Shown here piece after piece: positions 17,621 through 27,900 of a stretch of 64,000 nt of DNA (position 1 is the stretch's first letter; each line of letters starts with the position of its first letter). The notes beneath the pieces are model-generated. The model was not told the DNA's origin. It searched no databases and was given only the letters and a program-made list of their open reading frames with translations. The stretch lies in NCBI GenBank assembly GCA_011321815.1, contig DROS01000023.1:27653-91652 (forward strand), written 5' to 3'. The position numbers and the translations under genes are program-made. The stretch is from Gammaproteobacteria bacterium. GTDB taxonomy: Bacteria; Pseudomonadota; Gammaproteobacteria; SZUA-152.

Positions 17621-20600
17621 TCAATTGTAGAAAAACCAACTTTCGAAAAGTGGGCTCCGTGATGCTTTCCCCATAGTAATCCACTCATTTTCCTCGACCT
17701 GGGCACCCTTAATTTCCGGTGTTTCCAAGATTTCACGACGAGGCAGGCCGGCCCTTGAAATCCAATAGTGTTTTTTGCCAAAAGGATAGGTAGGTAATGG
17801 AACCCGGTTAAGGGTTTTCCCCTTATGTAATAAATCCCAGGGGATATTCCCTCCTTCGACCCAATATTCCCCAAGTTTTTCGAGATTTTTTTCTTGAAAC
17901 AGGTCATTAATAAATCGCCCATCAACGGAATTACGCTGACTTTCTCCTGAAAAAGTCAAAGGCACAGCGGGATATACTGAATCATTTACACCCAAATATT
18001 CCTTAATGCCGGTTATCAGTGATTCGCGGTCAGACACAATCATTGCCAGCCTGACATCCATTTGATCCCGTCCAACCTGAAGCGTATAAGCAAAACTGTC
18101 TAACGGCAGCTCTTCACTTTTTATCACATAATCCAACATCTGCCTTACAAGCAGATCAAGTTGTTTCTTATTACGTGCAGAAAATATGACGAGCTGAGCC
18201 GGGGTTGTGGCGCTTATTTTCTTCTGCCTGGGTATATATTCCTCCAGAATGACATGAGCATTCACCCCACCCATACCAAATGAGCTGATACCTGCCCTAC
18301 GTGGTATAGGCACGCCAGAATCATCGGATAATGCCTGCCATTTTTGTCCATCCTGAACGACAAAAAATGGGCTTCCTTCCAATTGTAAATAAGGACTCAA
18401 TGGAGCGGTGTGGATATTCTTTACCAGCATTGCATGCTTTAGCTGAAGCAATACTTTAATGACACCAATCACACCTGAAGCCAGCTCTGTGTGACCGATA
18501 TTTGTTTTGACGGACCCCAGCCCACAATACGCATTAGCAGTCAAAGATGCGCCTGTATCATTTGAAGGACTATGATGTTTGATCCCGTTAATTAACGACC
18601 TGAATGCCGTTTTAAGACCATCAATTTCAATGGAGTCACCCAACTGTGTGCCAGTGCCGTGAGTTTCTATATAAGTGACTGTTCGCGGATCAATGTTGGC
18701 TTCTTTATAGACCTTTTCCAATAATTGAGTTTGCGCTATGGGATTAGGCGTTGTTAATGAATGTGCCCGTCCCCCATGGCTTTCGGCACCGCCACAAAGC
18801 AAGCCATAGACATGGTCACCTTCTTCTTCGGCACGACTGAGTTTCTTAAGCAGTAAAATTCCAACACCCTCACTTCTTACAAAGCCATCGGCATCAGTTG
18901 AAAAAGTCTTACAGCGCCCATCTCCACTCAGCATACCTGCTTTGTCGTAGGCAATATGCCGTGCCGGGGATAACAATGTATTAACTCCCCCCACAATAGC
19001 CATTTCACAACCCTCATTTAATGCCATCATTCCCCGTCGAATGGCAACCAGAGAACTCGCGCATGCGGTTTCAATAGGCTCACTGGGTCCACGAAGATCA
19101 AGATAAAAACTTATACGGTTAGGCCCCACCGAAGGCTGCGTTCCTGTCGCAGTATACGCTTCAATTTCGCTGCCTGATTTTTCAATTAAACTGTCATAAC
19201 CACTATTCTCGGTGCCGATAAAGACAGCAATATTTTTCCCTGAAAGACTCTTTGGGCTATAACCTGCATCTTCTATGGCGCGATACACATACGTCATCAA
19301 CAAACGCTGCTGAGGGTCCATAAGCTCCGCTTCACGATGTGATATACCAAAAAAATCGGGATCAAATTCTGCCACCCCATTAATAAATCCGCCCCATGTC
19401 ATATGCGGTTTATGTTGACTTTTTTGACTGGAAGTGAAATCGTTTTTTGAATCCCAACGATCCACAGGTACTCTGGTAATACAATCTTTACCGGATTCCA
19501 AATTATTCCAGAAATCATCAAGAGTATCCGCCATCGGGAATTTTCCACTTATTCCGATTACCGCAACACGTTCCGAACAAGATTTTTTTTCAGGGTTCTC
19601 CCCGGTAATTTCCGCCCTCCTCGACAAGGGTTCATTATTTTTAACCAAACACCCTTGTTTGATTAATGAACGTATATTATCCGGCGTTTTGTTGCCTTCT
19701 TTCAATGAAGATAGACTTTTCTTTTTGTGTGGCGTTATTTCCTGCTGTTCTCGATAATATTTAATAATTTCGTCATTATGTTCCGACAACAGATACGTTA
19801 TCAGTTTTTCCAATGTATAATTTCCGAACAAAACCGCAGGCAATACTTCAATATCAAAGTATTGTGAAAGGCGGTGAGAAAATTCAGTCAAACCAATCGA
19901 ATCGAAACCAAACTCCGAAAAATTGGTATCCACATCTAATAATTCATAATTAATTTTTAATTGTTCATGGATTATTTTCTTAAGATCGGATTCAATATAA
20001 ACCCCAATGTCTGATGCACTTAATTGAATATTTTTTTTCTGGGCGAAACTGGGGGCGTTAAAGGTAGGATTATTAAAATTTCTGTCATTATTTATTCCCT
20101 GATAATTTTCTGCTTGTGATTCACTTATAAAGTGACACTGTAGTGAAGGCAATCCTTTGTCGGCAATAACAAACGGGGATGTGTTATATTGCACAAACGC
20201 CAGACCAAACACTTTCTCTATAAATTCACGATTTGAATACAGAAATTCACCATTTTTATGCAAGGTCTTATTCTGTATATCACCACTTTCCACTTCCCAG
20301 TCAACAACAAGTGATTTGCCACATATTATATTTTTTCCCTGAAACCCATCCAAACCGGTCACTTTCACTGTGCGATAAATAACGTGGTTATCACTTCCCG
20401 CGGACTGCTGCTTTATTATGTTTTTCCCAGATAAAAAATCACAGATAAAATCCGGATACTCCTGCTCTGGAACAGGGTTTGCATATATTTTGTTGAAGAT
20501 CTCTACAGACCGTGAAAATTCACATTCCACTTCAGAGCTATTATTTACTGAGCAATCGGATATTGTTCCGGCATAAAAAATACCGTTTATTTTGTGAGCA

Positions 20601-23600
20601 AGGTGATTCGTATTAACCAAACATGATTTTACATAAGACAATTGTAATAAATCATGGCTTATATACTGAATATCAACATTCAGGGTTTCGATTGTTTCTA
20701 ATTTATCCTTAAACGAATCAATCTTTTCTGAGCATATAACCAAAAATATTTTTGCAGCACCCCATTGGGACAGGTATTCCACCAATAAAACGCCCATTTT
20801 CTCACAATCACATGTAATCAAATATACCCCATTATTTTTTATTGGACTTATATCCAATTGATCGAAAACATCTTCAAAAACATCATACTGCCTGTTATCC
20901 ACTAGTGATAACATTTTTTTGGGGCGATCATGCTCAGAATAATTTTTATTATTATCAGATAAATAGACTTCCACTTCATATCCGATAACCTCTACACATA
21001 CATTACCTGCTTCATCACATACACTTATATCTACCTTAAATGTAGTACCACTAGATGACCCTCCTTTTGTATAACGTACCCAGCTATGCATGATTCCACC
21101 AAGGGAAGAAAATATTCTTATTTTTTTTACAGAAACGGGATGAGAATCTGCTAACAGGAATAAATCACTATGCAACCTTTCCCTGTTTTCCCCTTTTTTT
21201 ACTTCCTTTTCGATGACATTACTAACCCCCTTTATTATGGCTATCGCCGTCTTGCTCACCAGCGTCATTGGAACTGGATGTAATACATAATCAACGCCAT
21301 CTTCCAGTGAATAATCTGGCAAACAATGCCGAACGACAGCCTGACCATCACCAAAAAAAACCTTTTTAAGGCCTAAATCACCGGGCACACAATCAATATT
21401 CAATAACTCATAAACCTCATCACATTGTTCTGGGTTTAATGTAGAGCCATTAATATCTTCCAAAATATTGGTGATATTTATATTTTCAACGGGGGACTGT
21501 AATCCCAATGAACCAACACCTTGAACATGAATTATTTTTTCAGGGGAATCACTTTCCATTGAGAAAATATTATAATTTACTGATTTGAAATTATTATTTT
21601 CATCAAATTTTATTTCATATAAATCAATAAACAACTTGATTGGCTCTTCTTCAACAACCACATCCGAAAACCATTTTGTATTATCCAGTTCAATATTTAT
21701 GTTTTTATGGGCGTCACCTAAAGCAGCTATAATTGCAATTCTAGCCATTTCCAGAAAAACCATGTTTTCCATGACTGCAATATTGTGAGTTGTGTTTTTT
21801 TTGAAAAAATACTCACTGCCATCAAATACCGAATAATAAATCTGAGAAAAAATATCTGAATCATTAAACTGTACAAGTGGGTGTATGACAATAGAAGAAG
21901 GTACCGTTTCAGAATGCACCTCACTTTTTTGGGTTATCGGTGCGCTCACCCAATATCGTTCTTTGGAAAAAGGATAAGTTGGTAAAATAACTTTATTAGG
22001 TTTTTCGTGTTTATAAAGTATATTCCAATCTACACGAATGCCATTAACCCACAAATCCAGATATTCCTCCGTCACTCCCTTCTTTACCCAGGCGATTAAT
22101 AATTTCTCAGCATCCGGGTTATCCTTGAAACGGGATATTATTTTACTACCGGATTTTATATTACCTTGATGACACCCATTGATATTTATTTGTTTACCGA
22201 TGTATTTATCCAGTTTTTCCAATAAATCCGACATAGAATGAATAACAAATACAACACGCTCATCCATAGGGTCACGCCCGACTTGTAAAGTGTAGGCCAC
22301 CTCAGATAATTTTGGCATGCCGGAAGCGCTATTCGACAAACACGCCTTGAGATAATTTGACAGGTTTACTACCACATCCATTAACCTGTCTTTGTTTTTT
22401 GCCGAAAGTGGAAGAATGACAGGAGCTGAATTCCGGTTGGCGACATCCAATACATGACGATCATTTTTATAGCGACTGTCCTGTATTTTGTACTCCTCCA
22501 AAACAATATGTGCATTCGCCCCGCTAAAACCAAAAGAACTTACCGCCGCCATACGTTTTCCATGTTTCGGTTCTGGCCAGTATTTATAATCTGTGCTGAC
22601 AAAAAATGGAGAATGATCAAAATCAATAATATTATTGGCTTCTTTAAAGTGCACAGATGGAACATATTTATTATGCTTCAAACATAATAATGTTTTTATC
22701 ATACCGGCCACTCCCGCTGCGTAACTGCCATGGCCAATATTTGATTTCACCGAACCAATTGCACAATATTGATTTCTTTTGGTTACATTCTGGAAAGCAT
22801 TTGTTAATGCCTGAAATTCAATGGGATCACCCAGCGGCGTTGCTGTTCCATGGGCTTCAACGTATGTAATATCATCAGGGTTGATTTTGTATCTTTGGTA
22901 AATACTGCGCAGCAGACTTTCCTGGGACCTGGCACTTGGCGCAGTAATGCCATTGGTTTTCCCATCCTGATTAACGCCCGAGCCCTTGATAACACCAATA
23001 ATATTATCGCTATCCTTCTCGGCCTGTATAAGCGGCTTTAACATTACGACACCACAACCTTCAGAAAAAACCGTACCATTTGCTGATTTATCAAATGTAA
23101 AGCACCGGCCATCTGTCGATTGCATGCGCACTCTTGATGTTAAAATATGTGCCAATGGTGTGGAAAAAACACTGACGCCACCCGCAATGGCCAAATCACT
23201 TTCTCCAGTGCGTATACTCATGCACGCAAGATGTATTGCGGTCAGTGATGATGAACATGCTGTATCAACTGAAAGCGAAGGCCCTTTTAAATTGAGGAGA
23301 TAGGATATACGTGCCGCTAATATTGCGCTGGAAGTCCCCATAAAAGACTGGCCATTTGTATCTTCCCCACTCATTGCAAGCAGCCGCTCATAATCCCCCA
23401 CTGTGCAACCAACAAAAATTCCACAGTTTCTGGCACTTAATGATTCTGTTGAATACCCCGCACTTTCTATGGTTCGCCACGCCTCTTCCAGAAATATTCG
23501 TTGTTGAGGGTCCATTAATTCAGCTTCAGATGGCGATATATTAAAGAACAGTGGATCAAATTTGTCGATATCACCAATAAAACCACCCCATTTTGAATAT

Positions 23601-24832
23601 GAGGTATGTTGATTATTTGGGTCCGGATGGTACCAATGATCAAATTCCCGCCATCTGTCTTCAGGTACTTCAGTTATGCAATCATGACCGTTTTTTAATA
23701 TATCCCAAAATTCTTCAATATTTTTGCTTTTGGGAAATCGACAAGACATCCCGATAACAGCAATATCCTCACACTGAGGATATTTTCCGTTCAAACCAGT
23801 TGGTGTAAGTCCAGCTGAAGATGACAATGGTATTTTTTTCTTCGTAGCAAATTTTGCTTTACTATTTTTATAATTATCAGCGTTGACTCTTTGTAGCCTT
23901 AATGTATCGACAACCAAAACAGCATTATTATTTTCATCAACTATTTCCAGATATACCTCAACCCAGTTTTCATTAAAATTTTTAACCTCGGCCAACGACG
24001 TAAAGGATTTTCCAATTATTGGGCCACAAACAAAAAGATTATTAATTTTGTAGGGTAAAAAAATATCATTGGTAATATCATGATGTTCACCCAATCGATG
24101 GGGACCATAACTCATTGCATTAGCCAGTGCAGCACTGACCACAGAAGGGTTTAATAAAAATTTGTTTTCCGGTATATCTGCTTCTATTTTTCCCACTGAT
24201 TGTTCCCGGCCAAAAGTGAGGTTTTTTAAAGAATTATAAAATTCACCGAGAACAATATTTGAATCAGATGAGTAATAATCGTCAATCAAAACCTGTCTGG
24301 CACCCTCAATGTGTAGGCCGGGATAATATTTTACTGGTTTATTTGAACGTTTGGTAATTGGGTGAAGATTACCCCTGATATGAATTATTCCTCCACTGCC
24401 ATCAACCTGTGATTTATGGTTAGAGTGCACACTGAACCGAAGATCACTCCCATTTTTCTGAAAAACAAGCGTAACATCGTTCGTTAATGTAGTATCACCC
24501 ACAAGCGGATTAACAATAATGATATTGTTAAACATCATTGAATCAATATTAAAATATGTCTTGCATGCTACCGCAATCATTTCCAAATAGGCGTCGGTAG
24601 GAAAAATTAATTGGCCAAATACTTTATGATTATTTAAACAAATATTATCGCTGGCATTGATCCGGTATTTTATAGCCACCTCGCCTTCACTTTCAAAATC
24701 TCCCACATACTCATTGCTATAAAAATATAAGTCGCTATAAGGCGAAGATTTATTAATTTTAAAATCAACAATCTTTTTCTTTTTGGACAATCGCCTGTAT
24801 TTTCTTGCGCTTTGACTCATTTTAATTTTCAC
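17621..24832 (-). CDS. trans-AT PKS2: DH*-KS3-DH0-KR0-ACP-KS4
   Basis: N-terminal DH HKVFGQLIFP lacks the catalytic Asp. KS3 DTAC/HGTAT/GH. His-less DH. KR lacks the Gly-rich loop (GVYLITCDCEKMG). ACP GFDSI. KS4 ETAC/HGTGT/GH at the C-terminus. Confidence 0.92.
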   Translation of the reverse strand: MKIKMSQSARKYRRLSKKKKIVDFKINKSSPYSDLYFYSNEYVGDFESEGEVAIKYRINASDNICLNNHKVFGQLIFPTDAYLEMIAVACKTYFNIDSMMFNNIIIVNPLVGDTTLTNDVTLVFQKNGSDLRFSVHSNHKSQVDGSGGIIHIRGNLHPITKRSNKPVKYYPGLHIEGARQVLIDDYYSSDSNIVLGEFYNSLKNLTFGREQSVGKIEADIPENKFLLNPSVVSAALANAMSYGPHRLGEHHDITNDIFLPYKINNLFVCGPIIGKSFTSLAEVKNFNENWVEVYLEIVDENNNAVLVVDTLRLQRVNADNYKNSKAKFATKKKIPLSSSAGLTPTGLNGKYPQCEDIAVIGMSCRFPKSKNIEEFWDILKNGHDCITEVPEDRWREFDHWYHPDPNNQHTSYSKWGGFIGDIDKFDPLFFNISPSEAELMDPQQRIFLEEAWRTIESAGYSTESLSARNCGIFVGCTVGDYERLLAMSGEDTNGQSFMGTSSAILAARISYLLNLKGPSLSVDTACSSSLTAIHLACMSIRTGESDLAIAGGVSVFSTPLAHILTSRVRMQSTDGRCFTFDKSANGTVFSEGCGVVMLKPLIQAEKDSDNIIGVIKGSGVNQDGKTNGITAPSARSQESLLRSIYQRYKINPDDITYVEAHGTATPLGDPIEFQALTNAFQNVTKRNQYCAIGSVKSNIGHGSYAAGVAGMIKTLLCLKHNKYVPSVHFKEANNIIDFDHSPFFVSTDYKYWPEPKHGKRMAAVSSFGFSGANAHIVLEEYKIQDSRYKNDRHVLDVANRNSAPVILPLSAKNKDRLMDVVVNLSNYLKACLSNSASGMPKLSEVAYTLQVGRDPMDERVVFVIHSMSDLLEKLDKYIGKQININGCHQGNIKSGSKIISRFKDNPDAEKLLIAWVKKGVTEEYLDLWVNGIRVDWNILYKHEKPNKVILPTYPFSKERYWVSAPITQKSEVHSETVPSSIVIHPLVQFNDSDIFSQIYYSVFDGSEYFFKKNTTHNIAVMENMVFLEMARIAIIAALGDAHKNINIELDNTKWFSDVVVEEEPIKLFIDLYEIKFDENNNFKSVNYNIFSMESDSPEKIIHVQGVGSLGLQSPVENINITNILEDINGSTLNPEQCDEVYELLNIDCVPGDLGLKKVFFGDGQAVVRHCLPDYSLEDGVDYVLHPVPMTLVSKTAIAIIKGVSNVIEKEVKKGENRERLHSDLFLLADSHPVSVKKIRIFSSLGGIMHSWVRYTKGGSSSGTTFKVDISVCDEAGNVCVEVIGYEVEVYLSDNNKNYSEHDRPKKMLSLVDNRQYDVFEDVFDQLDISPIKNNGVYLITCDCEKMGVLLVEYLSQWGAAKIFLVICSEKIDSFKDKLETIETLNVDIQYISHDLLQLSYVKSCLVNTNHLAHKINGIFYAGTISDCSVNNSSEVECEFSRSVEIFNKIYANPVPEQEYPDFICDFLSGKNIIKQQSAGSDNHVIYRTVKVTGLDGFQGKNIICGKSLVVDWEVESGDIQNKTLHKNGEFLYSNREFIEKVFGLAFVQYNTSPFVIADKGLPSLQCHFISESQAENYQGINNDRNFNNPTFNAPSFAQKKNIQLSASDIGVYIESDLKKIIHEQLKINYELLDVDTNFSEFGFDSIGLTEFSHRLSQYFDIEVLPAVLFGNYTLEKLITYLLSEHNDEIIKYYREQQEITPHKKKSLSSLKEGNKTPDNIRSLIKQGCLVKNNEPLSRRAEITGENPEKKSCSERVAVIGISGKFPMADTLDDFWNNLESGKDCITRVPVDRWDSKNDFTSSQKSQHKPHMTWGGFINGVAEFDPDFFGISHREAELMDPQQRLLMTYVYRAIEDAGYSPKSLSGKNIAVFIGTENSGYDSLIEKSGSEIEAYTATGTQPSVGPNRISFYLDLRGPSEPIETACASSLVAIRRGMMALNEGCEMAIVGGVNTLLSPARHIAYDKAGMLSGDGRCKTFSTDADGFVRSEGVGILLLKKLSRAEEEGDHVYGLLCGGAESHGGRAHSLTTPNPIAQTQLLEKVYKEANIDPRTVTYIETHGTGTQLGDSIEIDGLKTAFRSLINGIKHHSPSNDTGASLTANAYCGLGSVKTNIGHTELASGVIGVIKVLLQLKHAMLVKNIHTAPLSPYLQLEGSPFFVVQDGQKWQALSDDSGVPIPRRAGISSFGMGGVNAHVILEEYIPRQKKISATTPAQLVIFSARNKKQLDLLVRQMLDYVIKSEELPLDSFAYTLQVGRDQMDVRLAMIVSDRESLITGIKEYLGVNDSVYPAVPLTFSGESQRNSVDGRFINDLFQEKNLEKLGEYWVEGGNIPWDLLHKGKTLNRVPLPTYPFGKKHYWISRAGLPRREILETPEIKGAQVEENEWITMGKASRSPLFESWFFYN

Positions 24833-24905
24833 TGATTTTTGTGGAAATATTAAATACTTTATAAAAAGTTTTGATTTATGCCGGACTCTTCCGCTTTAAC
24901 AATAA

Positions 24906-27900
24906 TCAATCAACCATTTCAACGCCTGAAGATGTTTCACTTACCTTGTTTTTTATAACCTTTTCAAGATAGCGGGAGAATTCACGTAAATTTGTATGGT
25001 CATATACCGCGGTGGCTAAAATAGATGTATTGAACTGATCATTAATTACTTTTATCCATTCAACACCGACAATAGAATCCAGCCCCATATCAATGAATGG
25101 TAATTCGATATTTATATCACTCTCGTCCATGTATAAAGCCTTCGCCAGACTTATCGCAAGTAATTTTTGCAGGTCATCCACCTTTGGGATAATGACATTA
25201 TCTGATTCTGGCGATTTTTTACTTAATCGTTTATTTCTCCTGTGTCTGCTTTTTGGTGGGGTATTATAATCTGAAGCTGGCTGAACATCCTGACTGGCCA
25301 TTTTATTTTCCAAATACCGTGCAAAATCTCGTATCGTAGGATAGTCATAAACAATAGTCGCATTGACATCCAGTGATAGCTTTTGGTTGAGTTCATTTAT
25401 CCATTCAACACCGACAATAGAATCCAGGCCCATTTCGGTAAATTGCCTGTCAATATCCACATCGTTTAATTCCATATACAATGCTCTGGCAAGGCTCTCA
25501 CTTAACACTTTCACAAAATTATATTTTTGTGATATCAACCTTTCCAGGGAAGCTGATGTATCAACAGTATCTGTAATTACAGCTTCATCTGTGTCACTGT
25601 CCATTAATGATATTGTATAATTTTCTTCATGTTGCGCATCCACCACATTCAAATCAAAATTTTGCGATTTTACCTGATGAACTGACTGTAAGTTGAGTAA
25701 AGTAATAGCAGTAGGTTTTTCCGGAATACGTGTGGGAGATTCAAAAAAATGATTTATGGGGCGTGAGACATCAGCCCGCTTTGACACGTCCATGGACTCA
25801 AACCCCAAACCAATTGCCCGGGCACACACATAGCCCTTACTGTCTATAAAGTCGACATCCATCTCTACCATGTTCCTATCTATACCATCTACAGGCAATA
25901 CGGAATGACGCACATTTTTAATCCATGCAAACATATTCCCTGAACATTTCTGGTATATATTCATGGTTCCAAGCATCATGGGAATAAAAGATTGTATAGA
26001 TGACAAATCAGATAATAATGTATTGTCAGTTGTTGACTTATCTGTTTTCTTGGAAACAACAATAGCTGCGGTCAATACCGTCTCTAAAGAATCGGGATTA
26101 AGCGTAAAAGTATAATTTGAATTATGCGCAAGATTATATGACTCATACTTTATCAGCGCGCTACTACCTCCAATATAAATATCTTTTATTTTCCCTTTAT
26201 TTTTAATATATTCCAATTCACCAAGAATCTCATCGCATGCATTTGGGTCAAGATGCCTGCTCATTTTCTTCAGTAAGAATGTTATATCCAGGACTTCCTT
26301 TTTTTCTCTGTCGTCTACATAAACGCACCCCCTGGCATGAAAAACTGAATTTTCTCCCTGTTTTTCACCAGCGGAATAAATTTCAAATTTAACATTCTCA
26401 ATATTATCATTAAGATCCTCATCCAGCGTCAGTGTAATATGTAATTTTCTTTGATCCTTAACAGTAAAACATTCCAGCCATTCAACATCAGACAGAAAAA
26501 CGGTCTTCTGTTGTTGCTCCTTTATACCACTCGCCTGAGAAATTGCAGCATGTACCATTTCAAGGTATGCCATACTTGATAAAACCATTTCTTCATTCAA
26601 TCTGGATTTTTCAAAATATGCTTCTTTACCAGTAAATGTAGAACTGTAACGCTGCGCATATAAATCGGATGTATTTTCATGCAACAACGGGTGAATCTGT
26701 GTTACTTGTTGTAGTGTGGCTGTGTTCCTCATAAATTCCGAGTCTGTTTCTGCAATCCAGTACCTGTCCTTACGGAAAGGATAAGTTGGTAAACTTACCT
26801 TCTCTGGCTTACGGGTATGATATAACTGATCCCAGTTAACCTCTATTCCATTTATCCATAAAGTTGCAATCTTCAGTCCGTCTCCGGAATAAATCCAGTT
26901 ATCAAAAACATTATTAAGTTCGTTATCCAAAGAAAATACATTGAATGTCTTACGGCCCGAACCAATATTGCCACTTATAATTTTTGATGAAGCAACACCT
27001 TCTATACTGATATAATTTCTCAACTTGTCTTTTAGATCAGAAACATCCTTAACCAAAAAGACAACACGTTCGTCCATTTCCTCCCGGCCTGTTTGAAGAG
27101 TGAATGCAATATCTTCCAGTTGAATTGCATTACCTCTGTAACTGTCTCCTGCATTCAGGATATTGGTTTCATTTATTTCTATATAGTTCAGTAAATTATC
27201 AGCATGTAACTTCAAGCGGTCGACTGTTTTTGCGGACAAGGGAATGATGATTTCCTTACCCGAAGATAATCGGGAAACAATTATTTCCTGATTTTTATTG
27301 TTACCACCAATATTCTGAGTAGCAAGGGAATTTACATTACGATATTCTTCGATGATCGCATGTGCATTACTCCCCCCGGCGCCAAAAGAACTTAACATTG
27401 CCCGTAACGGCATCTCTTTTTCCTGGCCATTATTGTCTTTATCAGTAAATGGGCCCCAGGATTTCAGCTCTTTTTGCACGATAAAAGGTGTAGATGAAAA
27501 ATCGATATTTGGGTTTAATTCATCAGCATTGATTGATGGAACCAGCGTCTTGTGTTTCAACTGAAGAAGTAATTTAGTCAACCCTGCAATACCTGCTGCC
27601 GCCTCCAGGTGACCAATATTGGATTTTACTGAACCAATAGCACAAAACTCTTTTTTATCTGTATAGTTGGAAAAGGCTTTTTGCAGTCCTGTAATTTCGA
27701 TGGGATCACCCAGAGATGTGCCTGTCCCGTGTGCCTCAACGTATGAAATCACTTCTGGAGAAATGCCACTTTTATCAAGTGTGGATAATATCAGTTCTGT
27801 TTGTTTAACCGGGTTTGGCACAGTATACCCATTCGTTTTTCCGCCGTGGTTTATGGATGTGCCTTTGATTAAACCATAAATATGGTCACCGTCCCGTATC

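Noticed and set aside
24780-25260. Similar basic motifs RRLSKK (PKS2 N-terminus) and KRLSKK (PKS1 inter-ACP linker) as a docking code
   Set aside because: Six low-complexity residues with different codons in AT-rich DNA; chance is sufficient.
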